64,000 nt of DNA from Lingula anatina. Taxonomy: Eukaryota > Animalia > Brachiopoda. Shown one piece after another: positions 40,173 through 52,100 of the stretch. A model generated the notes under the pieces. That model ran no database searches. It saw only the letters and a list, made by a program, of their open reading frames with translations, and had not been told where the DNA came from. The stretch spans positions 12,772,001 through 12,836,000 of the forward strand of contig CM120641.1 in NCBI GenBank assembly GCA_051362555.1, in the 5' to 3' direction. The position numbers and the translations under genes were made by a program. How positions within the stretch are numbered: position 1 is the stretch's first letter; each line of letters opens with the position of its first letter.

Positions 40173-43100
40173 TAGTGAGTTACATATGCAGAATGATCTC
40201 GCAGAAGGGTTACTTACAAAGCTTCTATAATGACACTTTTCAGTCCACTGGTCACTCATAGTAGTGGGTTTAAGAGTAAACAGTCAAAATCAAAATTAAC
40301 AAGCCCAAAGAAATATAAAAATAATGAAAAAACCATCTAAATTAAGTGGTAAAATTTCAACCAGTTTAATCAGTTTAGTAACTAAGAAAAATAATTAATA
40401 GAGGATTAATAGAGGGCCATCCATGATATCTCTAGGGAGGCATCTACCTTATGAAATATATCAGGTGACTACATTGTCTAAAATGGAGGGTAGATGTTTT
40501 CATTCTGTTGATTATAGTTACTAAAAACAGATATTTGATCATCAAATCATCTAAAATTAAAAATAGGAGGTAAGGAGTGAGGTCACTGATCCTTATTTAA
40601 ATATTTTATTTCATTGTGTGGCAGATGTACTTGGAATTGAATTTGGTTTAGGTTCTTAGCCATTTCTCAATTAAGGTCAAAAGGGGGTAAAAAAATCATA
40701 TTTTTAGAAAGAAAAATCCAGTATCTTTGGAAATGACTGGCTATAGGCCAGTAATTACCAGACATGTATGTGATAAAGAACAGATTATTGGTGCAATTCA
40801 ACATGAATGCTTTATGTATGAAGTGGTATTTATATTACATAAGGGATCTTCATGTGGTTTACTACATCTCTCAGTATAGCACCAGGTTTGATTTATAACT
40901 TAATTGACTTTGCTGCTGTGTCTATCAAATCTGACCCCCTTCCTTTGAAAGTTTTAGACAGCATTCCCACAGATTTTTAGATCGATCTATCCCTGTGGGG
41001 AGTCTCACTAGATTGCTGTCAGCTTAGCTGGCTTTTAATGTCTGTCCCGCCTAGTAAAAGCTGTAAGGGGGTTATTAACTTTCGTGCATGCTCGACTGAC
41101 AGCAATTTACCATGAACCACCAGGGAGTTAGGTCGATCTAGATGGATCGATCTAAATCTGTGGGAACCCAGTCTAACACTCTAGTCTGTCACAGGAATGA
41201 GTACAGATAAATTTCAATTACTTCTACCTGAGCAATATGTCATTGGTTTCTGAAAAATGAAAATAATGGTTATAAATAAATAATAATGATTTGATAAGAT
41301 GAATAAATTAGTGTAATGAGACAAAGAAAAATGAATCAGACTCAAATAAACTACACTTTGCTTTGTTTTACCGTTTTGATTTAGAATATTACCTGCTTTA
41401 GCAAGGATATGTAAACACTGCTTTATCACGTAATGAGTTTGTCTAACTCCTAACCTCTCATTGATATTGTATGACCATGTGCTTAAATTATATTTATACT
41501 GTAACCCCGTCAACACCTTAACACACACACACATACATGTCATGGGTGTTTGTAAGAAAGAATACAAGTTATTTAAATCGTTAGTGTAGTGATGTACTCT
41601 TTCTAGCATAATAAGTTGCATAATTATCCTGCTCTCTTCAATGCATTATTAATGCCATTGTTGATTGTAATACTCTCAAAATAAAAGCCCTGTTTTTTAA
41701 CAAGCATCACACGGATAACAGAAACTATAAGCCAGCGCACTGACAACTGAACGCGAATGCCGTTTTAGTCAATGACAATATTGCAGATTAGATGATTTGA
41801 GTGGGTGCACATAATATAAAGTATTTGTTTTCGTGTTAACAGGCAAAACAGTTGATGAAATCAGTGATGATAATGAAACGATATTAATATTAATCTGCGA
41901 CGTTCTGTGCACAGCTTTGACGTGTAATGCGCATGGTATATATTTGATTCATGGATCTGGGATAGGTGACAGTAATATGAGAAGAGAATATTTACAGCGA
42001 TTGTCCTCGTCACGTCACGTGTCAATATTTAAAGAAGCGTCCAAGGCTTATTATATTTGATTAAAAATCCTATCGTTGACCTTACTCCAAATGTAAGGTG
42101 TATTTTTAGACTGTGTCTACATGTAGGCCTATACTTCTGCTTGGAATTGGTGTCGTCTGCTCCACTGTGTATAGATTTGGGACATACGCATATTTGTGTA
42201 GAAGTTGTAAAGACGTCATAACGTCAACGCGTCTATAAATACACAGGCGACTGGAGCACCTTATTCAAACTGAAGTTGTCCTTATATTCTAATCACGATC
42301 AAAATGCACATTTGGCTAATGTAAATGGAATAGTTGAATGGCACAAACAAAAACACATCCGAGGAGCCTGGTGTGAAATAACTAACAGGACATTGTGATT
42401 TTGAACATGTTGCTCCTTGACGTCGTATCCCAGAGCCACTGGAGGTGAACTCTTTGACAAGGTCGTCCACGAGGACAACCTCAACGAGGCTCGTGCAGCG
42501 TTCTACATTCAACAGCTCTTGGAGGCGCTGCAGCACCTTCAGGACAACAACGTGCTACACCTCGACTTAAAGGTAGGTGGACATGATGGGTATTTGGGAG
42601 TTAGGGGGAAAGTTGTGTGTCGTGTTTTTGAAAGTTCTGCACACTTTGGCCTATATTGGCATAGATTTATGATCTTGTGTGAACTATCGCTGTTGAAACA
42701 GCATCTACTTAATTTTTTTGTATATTATTGCTGTTGATATCATACATGGTAAACAGGGTATCAATAGCATTCTTGTTCACTGCTCCACGTCGAGGTATTT
42801 CATATAAGAGCGACCATCGTTTAAGAATTTTACAATCGCATCCCACGTTTAAAAGACTGGCATTCTTTCCGACCGGAGTGAATTGGCCCATGATTAATTT
42901 TCTGTTATAAATGCAGTCACGATATTTTTTGCATTTAGATTGGAAGAAAGGGTCATAGAATATTAAACCAGTATGATCCCCGCGATTCCATTGAAACGTG
43001 ATTGCAATATCCAGCAGCACTTTTATTTCTTCCAAAATATACCTTATTATGTGTGTATAAAAAGACATTATCAAATTTTTTATTTGAGCCCCGTCTGCCA

Positions 43101-46100
43101 AAGTGATGCTCGAACGGACACATTATCAAGTCCCAATGAATTAACTTATTCGTTACGTGAGCTCGAGTTGGTGTAATAATACTTTGCTTGCTATAAGTGA
43201 AACATTTTCAAGCGCTGGAGTGGAGGGGTAGCAGGTATAGGCACCTGTTGCTACAGTACTTCAGATAAGTACAGGTGTGGCAGGTGTAGACTGTGCGTCA
43301 ACGTCTGTGAGGTGTGGGTACATATATTCGTGTATTAGCGAGACGTGCTTCGTATTTGTTGATAAATTGTTAATTATGTGGCAGTCTTACTTAAATGCAG
43401 AATTTTTAAAACGGGTGACTGACACTTAATTCGCGTGTAGAGAGGTTCAGGGGGTCAGTTTTTTAAATATTCATAACATTTACTTAACGCTCATGCCCAT
43501 AAAATACGGATGCTTTAATGGTAAAATATTTTTTTTATTTTTAAAAGTACTTCATTAAAACTGTCAGGGTCACTTAGACTTTTTTCTGCTGTTATCCTAA
43601 ACCCCTTTAATTGCTCATGATATCAGATACACTTCCCACTTTAACAATTGGGAAATTTGCTGGCTGTAAGGGAGAATTTCGAGTACATAGGGCACTGTGG
43701 TTGCGATATGCCCTGAAGGAGGTCATGCGACAGCATTATAAAAAGTAGTTTAATGCTTAATTTCACACAGTTTAGGTGCAATGCGCTCCGTTGTTTAGAG
43801 CGCCTAAATAATGGTCAACCTTTTGGTCAGGTCAAGCGAACGATCACTAAAATGTTGCAAACTTGTAATATGGAATACGTTTCCCAAACTTTTCTTGATG
43901 TATTTCATATTTTTACTCATAAAGTCGAATTTGCACAGAAATTTTCGTTTGTCTCTTTTTTAAGTGTATATGAGCTTAGGAGGCGGATTTGCGATGCAGT
44001 CTTAAAAACCAACGATTGTCCTTTAGTTCCCTTGCATTTGAATTAGGGAAATCCAGATTATATTCTGTATCGAAGATGCCTTAGATAAATGGCAACCTTG
44101 CAACACCGGTCTCAGCTGACGTGTAGAAATATAATGTGGCTATTCAGTGACACAAACTAGGCCGATTCACAGACTAAAGTTGTCCTGTATCAAGAGGACG
44201 AACATCGTCTGGTCGTAGTATGTAGTACAGTATAATATACATGTAGCCCATCGTCGCCCAGCATTTTGGTCTGTTTCACACGTTCATGTCTGTCGTTACC
44301 CAAGTGTGTACCTCTAGGCTACTGAGGATTTTTTTCAAGAGCTGCTGCTGTTCATTGTTGTATTTCGCAAAAAGCACTCTGTTAAAGGGATAATAACTCT
44401 TCGTTCCGGCCAAAAAATGAATTCCTGGAGTAAACAACAATTTTCCCATACTTACCAATGGTTAATGAATCCATTTTTACATTCAAAGTAAGTCCCTGGT
44501 TTTTTTCTAAAAAGTTTGTTTTTTTGTTAAAATCTCTTAAGAGATTTTAACAGAGCATAGCCATCAATGGAGGTCACGTGGTCTAAAGACAAGCTCAGAT
44601 ATCAGAATAATAGCTATAACTGTCATTTTTGTGGTAAAACATAACATATGATATTTCTATGAGTTATTCACAATGTTTTTATTGTGAAATATAGATCTCA
44701 TACGAAGAGTTATTATCCCTTTAATGTACTGGTTAAAGTTACATCAAGTAATCCCCATACCCAGCTCACGGGACAAGATAACATGCCTTCCCACCTGCAA
44801 ATACATTTAAAAACTTAGCGCTTGTTTCTGAAAGGATCAGAAGACCATAGATGTTGACAGATGCGTGCCTGCGTCAAAATAAATGGCAGTTTTTATAATA
44901 CTTGCGGAAAACATGTAAGGAGAAGAGTGAAATTAATCTGGAAATCGCGGTTCAGTGCGCGTAATTTTCATCACCAATGTGAAAGCTTCCTTTCATGTAA
45001 AGCATGATGATAAAGGCTATAACACGGCGTCAGCTTGGGTCTTTATGAAATATAATCTTGTATTGGAAAAGTAGGATACGAGGTTGATGACAATTATGGA
45101 TCCTTTTAAGAACGCTTGTTGGGGGATAAAGCAGACATTCTGTGCCCAAATTACCTCAAATCATTGGGCAGGTGGGACTTCCCGATACCTGGCCAAATAA
45201 TACAGACCCCTATGTGTTCTTATTTCAATAACGCAGACCAGTTTTTATATCACAATTTGTTTATTTTCAGCCGGAGAACATTCTCCTGTCTCGACACGGA
45301 TTAAACGACATCAAATTGATCGACTTCGGCAACTCTCGTATCTACGACCCCAAGAAGAAGCTGCTGGTGAAATACGGGAACCCGGAGTTCGTAGCGCCAG
45401 AGGTCGTGCGCGGAGACCCCGTGGGACAGGGGACGGACTTGTGGGGTGTCGGAGTTGTGGCCTACGTTCTGTAAGTGCTGTGGGCTTCCACGAAGATTTG
45501 TCTACGTCGATGTATATAATACAGATTAGCCTTTGTATATTATGATGATTGTTACTGGTTTTAACTGTGTTGTATTCAATTCTTAATAAGAATGAAAGCT
45601 GCTGCCCTTTTTGTGTTTGATTTAGCAGTAGGTATAATTATTAAGCCCTTTGCTATCAATATATGAATTTCTAAACACAAAAACACGATGCGACAGCACC
45701 AAATTCCAAGTATAGAATATATAGTAGCGATTGGGGCATTTCGAACAGTTGTCGACAAGAAATCGCACAATAAAACGACAGCGTCTTTAATCTGACCACA
45801 CCACCGACTGTATTCATTTCATAGAATACGTTCCACTGGACCGCAGTTATCTTTTAGACTTGAAAGTTTGGGTGACCACATTACAGCAGACGGGACACGA
45901 TTCCACAGTGATGGATGTAAAGATATTGTATTATATAAGTTTCTACAGCGCCTGTGTGCACTAAAAAGTAGAAAGTGTAAAATTGTCCTTACAGTGGAAA
46001 GCTGTCATTATAGTAGAAAGTGTGCGGTCACCAAGTTACAGTCGTAGGTGTGGTCAGTTAGAGTCCTCAACACTTGACCACCCAGCCTTGACCTGTCGAC

Positions 46101-49100
46101 ACGTTAGTCATTAACTTTATTGTACTATGGTGAGACGCAGTGCACTGATCTTGTCTTTACTCGTTTACTGCTAACACAAAGAAATCCGAAGAAATTGCAG
46201 AACCATAGGCGTGAGAGAGGTTGAACGAAACTCTCTGCCACTCTAATTGGGCTCATAGCTCGCCACCTACATATAACGATGTATGACAAGTAATTAATAT
46301 TGATATATAGGTGAACCGCGTGTTATCGTTTTAGGCTTAGCGGCGTGTCACCCTTCTTGGGCAAGACTAACCGTGAAACACTGGAGAAGGTCAAAGAAGG
46401 CACCTGGACATTTGATCCCGAGGGGTTTGCAGGTGTCTCGGAAAAAGCCAAACAGTTCATCGGCGATCTGTTGAATCCTGATGAAAGGTAAGTTAGAATT
46501 ATTTCTATTGGCATAGGGACCGTTGCATACTTGGTGAAATGGGGTTGTATTTTGTCTTGATATCTAGTGGGAGGACTATCATATCTACCAAACCAAATGT
46601 TTTCGGAGGTTAGCTGACAATAAAACTCCAGCTGATTATTTCCGCGATTGTGAAATCTTAGTTGTAATAGTGTACTGTTCCCAATGAGGGTTACTGATGA
46701 CTGGGTGGGTATGGAAAATATGGCCACGAGTAAGTTGTTTAATATGTAGTTGATATTGTTACCGTTTCGTGGTGGACCACGAGATGTTGATCTAGCAGAC
46801 AGTGGGCCTCTCAGTATTAAAATGTTACATTAACAGCGACCGTGACTTACTCTGACGACGACTGTGTTAATTTAGTGGTTTCAGTGGTGGTCAGTTAGCT
46901 CTACTAATCATTTTTGTGTTCAGTTTAGTAATGTATACCATTAACTTGTACATTATCTTGCATTTGAGCAAGTTGATTCAAGTGCCCGTTTCCGCGTTTT
47001 TATTTGGGTCAATATTTCACTTTGCTTCCTATTCGCACGGTATATATACACAATTATGACTCGTTCATTAAAAATGTGCTTTTTAGTTGGGATTCTATCT
47101 CATATAGGGCCTACTTGTGTACGAGAATACGCTACCACTCGTTTTATTTTATGAACGTATTGTACAAATACAGACACACACTACATTGTAAATATTACTT
47201 GTATGTCATGCAATGCTCATGATTAATGCACTCATTGTGTTTTATGATCTCCCTGTATAATGTCAAATGGGGTTCATTTGGTTTTATGTGATTATGCTAG
47301 GTTGTTTTGAATAAAAAAATCTAAGGAATACATACTTTGAATTTAAATATCAAACTCAAACTTTATCGGAACCAAGTAGAAAAGATAAATATTACCCCCC
47401 TCCCAAACTTATAATAATAAACGTGAAATCTGTAAATATTGTCAACAGATATTTTTATCGTTTTTCGTGATTTTTGTAATAAAAGTTGATATTCTGGCGT
47501 AACCCTGAAGTTAGGAGCTTTGGCAGTAAGTCGCATCTACCACCAAGCATGTTTATCAGCCATCCGTGAAAAAAGTCGTAGAGAGCAGAGGAGAGTTTGA
47601 AATTTACGGTGTTAGTCAGTCGTTGTGCATGGTGTATCATTTATCGAGGCGAGATAAACTCAACTGTTCAAACTGACAAACATTGCTCTGACAAATATTG
47701 TAAACCACATAAAATAATGTGCACATTAAGCTTTTAGCTCAATTTTCTAAACATTAAACGAAAACTAGCTGCGAACCGTTTCATCATTTCACAATTTATG
47801 TGCAGCGTAAATAAGGTAAATTTGTCTTTGCTTGTTATGTCGAATTTTGAACGGATCCCAACTTTGAACTGGACTGAATGAACATGCTCACAATCAAAAC
47901 TGTAAATTAGCTGCTAAATGATTCTAACAATCAGCGTCGACTTCTGTTTCAGCAAGCGCCCCACACTGTCCCAGTGCCTGAAACACCCTTGGATCAAGCT
48001 GGCGGACGTGGATGCTCCCGGGACGAGATTACCCACGGAGAAACTGCGAGAGTTTGTGTCTAGGAGAAAGTGGCAGGTGATTGTTGCACATATTTTGCTA
48101 AAACATTCTTTTTGACCTACATTATGTGGAAGATGGTTTTGAAATGCTAGTGTACGTACCCGCACCCTTTACAAGGGCCCACCAAAGTGTTTGATGCGTC
48201 ATGCTTGCTATTAATGTGCTTCACATTATGCTAAACATGGACAAAATTACGAATTTTGTTGTCCAAGTACTAAGGCGCAAATTGTTACGATCCGTTGCAG
48301 TCAGATTTTTGTGACACAACAATTAATAATTGCAGTGTCACGTCATTTTGTACATTCCAGTGGTTATTTTTTAGAGATCAGTAACGCGGTTTTACATGGC
48401 CCACTTTTAGCATTCAGTGTTGCCTTTGTGGTCTTTTCAGTGCTTGATGGCACTTCCTTGTCCGTTTTAACGTGCCTAATAATAGACGACACTCGAGTGT
48501 TAATGCATGAAACTTCCTTTGTCTCGACAAAAACGCGCTGAACACTTTGATGCTATTGTTCTTTAGTGGATTTCTTTTGATGTGTAGTAAATCTGGTATT
48601 TCATTTGTTTTTTAATGAAGATCCACTAACATGAAAAGTAAGTTTCGCAATATAAGGTTCATAGGTTCTATTCACACCACCAGTGCCTTCTGGTGTCAGG
48701 TCATCTACGTCTACGCTCCTCTCATGGCAAGATACATGTGCAGGTATTCGTGAAACGAGTTGCAATTTACAAGCAGTTAGCAACACAGAACTTCAGGTCT
48801 TGGTTTTTATTTGTGTTTTTACATTTTCACTGTAAAAATAGAAATATTAAAACGAATTTAGTTGTCCACTTGTCGGGTTGTGTAATTATAGTTCTCTTTT
48901 ACTTTGCTTTTAATTCTATTGCATTTTTCGTTCTAGCGCACTCTGGGAGCGGTGAAATTCACAGTGAAACTGAAAACAATAGAAGACCTCTTGGCAGAAC
49001 CAGACGAGGAGATGCCAGCACCCCCTGGTGACGATTTCTCATCTGGCGAGGAAGACGCTTGGTACGAGTGGTACACACGTTATCAAGGCGATGACACAAA

Positions 49101-52100
49101 ACTTTTACCTACTGTCGACTCCATGCCCGTGAGGCTGCGCGAATATCGCCGAGAACAAGGCGAGAAGTCGGATATAGACCTCCCGATACCCGAAGGGAAG
49201 GAATCCGACCCCGAATTAGTCCGAAAGAAGACGATGAAAGCACGCCAGCACCTCGCTGATGTTGAAGAAGAGGATGCTGCGAGACGCGCCCTGGCCGGTG
49301 CCGCAGCCAAAGTCGACGATCAGATCTCGCAGATGAAAGCCAAGAAACGAGAACAGCAGCTTCGCATGGTGGAGGAAGGTAAAACGCGTCAGGGTTTTGG
49401 TGATGATGACGTCGACTTGCATGCCGATTGTGACGTTAGCATGGTGCCAGCTGATGCGCTGACAAATACTGTTGAAAGAAACAATTTGCAATTATCCCCT
49501 GCCGCACCACTTGAAAAATGTATGATTTGCACTCAACCTCATCTTAATAGCACTTTAGTATCACCACAGACACTTCCCGCAATGTCAGCATGCAATTCAA
49601 GTAGGGACAAGTGTAGTCCACGCATGCGTGTTGATCCCCTAAGCATCGCTTCAACTAACTTCTTTAGTTTGGAATCTAAAGCCTACACGGAGACAGCCGA
49701 GTGTACGCATGTGATGTTTTATACGGAAGGAACAGAAAGACTTTGCGAAGCTCCACCACCCTCTGACAAATCAAATAACAATAACGTCGCTGAAGGTGAC
49801 GGAAACAAAGAGCCGGAATTGCCCGAGTTCCAATGTGTTGTTGATAATGAGAACGACAATACGACTGCGGCAACAGTTCGGCAACGAAAAACAGGAGTTG
49901 CCTCGATGCAAACACCTAAATCTGATACAGATCTTGCTAAATTTCGATTGCCCAAAATGATCAGTGTTGTGGACACAGTCATGGACAAAATGAAGGCACC
50001 ATCAACGGATGCTCGCGCAGTGAACAACAATAATAATTCTCCGCAAGGGAGTGCCGAAGAGAAAGGTCCAAATCTTCTCCAGCTACCTACCAACGGGTTC
50101 CAACCGGAACTCCACCAGTCGAGTTCGTGCCCGACCTTACAGGAAGGTGACGTCACCAGCGGTGGAGTGAGAAGAGTAAGGCGGAAAAGTGGAACCTTCA
50201 GAAAATACAGCACACCAAATCCGGAACTGTTCTCAGAGGACTCTGAGGAATTACTAGATAAACACCTCGACTGTCTGCTCGAGACTAACCCCATCCACCA
50301 CGCCCAGCTTTCCATACCCGTGCACGAAAAAGTGAAGCAAGATTATTACTACACTCTTATATTCATCGTGTCTTTGCTGTTTGGCGTGGGGTTCGGCTGT
50401 CTGTGTATATTTGTGTACAAACATTACCTCAAAAGTTGACGCTTATCAGAGAACAGTTTTGTACCTCTTGATTTGAACGCATGCTTTAAAACTGTTTATT
50501 TGCTTCATCGTGGTGTTCGCTTCCCAGTCATAATCATTTTAACTTCGTTCATACCAACTAAAAACCACCATCTACCAAAGATCGACTTTTTTCCAAATTA
50601 TCAATCTATATAGGTGCCATCATGGCATCCGTTGCAGAGCCTTTTTTGGGTGCATGAACTGTGATGACTGGAGAAGCGCGTTAATGCGCTCCTTGATTGA
50701 AATTCTCAATTGAAGTGACGTTATTTCATAGTTGTATATTCATTCTTTACGTATAAACATATGCAATTCTGTTTTTGTGTCTGTTTCACGATTTTGGTTT
50801 TGCCGAATCAATAATTTCCTACATAATTTTTCTATTATTCTGGCATTTAAAAGTTTTGTGAACGAGTTGTATTATACATAAAGAAAAGGGAAAGAAATCT
50901 CCCCGAAAAGGCATTTTTATTGTTTGAAAAGCAAAAAAGGGTGTAAAGTGTGTAAAGTAAGGGAATATAAGTGAAAACTGGTGTAAGTAGTGTTCATGTA
51001 ATGTCTTTGCAAGAAAAAAAAAGACCTCAATGACACAGTAAGATTTTTCCTTACCATCTCGCTTTAATTTGTCGTTTTTCGTTGGTAGACGTGAACAAAT
51101 TTTTACAAAGAAGCTGTTTAAATGACTGATAAAACTTGACTGTATTCGCTTTTGAAAAGAAACAATCGAAACAATTTTTTCTGAAATCAAAATAAAATAG
51201 TGGCTATATTTATCATAAAACAAAACTATTTTTTCCAAAAAAAAAAAAATCAAAATAAACATTTACTGTTTTGAAGCTCAACAATTTTACGTTTTGACCA
51301 GAGATTGTGAGGTCGAGATCTGACAAGCTAAATGAAGCTTTTTGATACTTTGTTCATGATTCTAAAATAGTATCAGATATCTGGAGAAGCATTGTTCTCT
51401 GGCATATCCGTTCAAGTATAGCTGCAAATAGAGCATGTGTTTGAAGTTAAGTCGCCAACTGGGCTGTTAGTGCTTTTGAACAGAAAGCATAAATAGATTA
51501 CCATGTGTTTGAAATTGATCCGTTTTTATTTTAAAAAGCCTATTCTACTATATATGGTAAATTGGTAAATGGTTTTACAGTCCCTGATCAATATATAACG
51601 TTTAACAATAATTTAAAATATTGTGGACGAAATAATGTATATCAAAGTATTCTCTTTTTCTCATCTGTTTACATTTCGTAAAACTTTATTCAGGGTTCCC
51701 ACCTATTTTCCGAGAGAAAATCAAAGACCGTGCGTACAACGTGGGCGAACCCGTAACTCTCAGATGTCACGCGCTCGCCAGCCCACCGCCAACCATCTCC
51801 TGGTACAGGAACGACCAAATGATCACCAGTTCAGACGACACCAGTGGCGCCAGCAACCGCGTGCGGGTCTCGCAATCAGAGGACGGCCACTTAACCTTGA
51901 CCTTGCTGAACACGTTACCCAATGACTCGGGAGTGTACAAGTGCGTTGCCAGGAACAAACTTGGAACCGCCACGTGCAGGGCGAGGCTGATGGTCGGAGG
52001 TAAGGTGAATGCTTTTGATAGCATTGAAATTCAAAGTTAAAACTTCTTATCTTTTTTAGGTTACTTAATATGTCATCTTTGTATTGTACTTTAATTTTTA

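Larger units (their letters stand above)
40073..42433 (+). other. U12-type (minor spliceosome) GT-AG intron
   Basis: Donor GTATCTTTT; branch site TCCTTGAC at 42414-42421 with its A 13 nt from the CAG; no polypyrimidine tract; splicing restores SDL-ATGGELF. Confidence 0.8.

Noticed and set aside
39873-40259. Poly-Lys minus ORF
   Set aside because: Arises from the intronic poly-T run at 40120-40171
46684-46729. ATG-containing segment with gtaagt donor (also 48631-48637)
   Set aside because: Phase does not match the next exon and there is no other support
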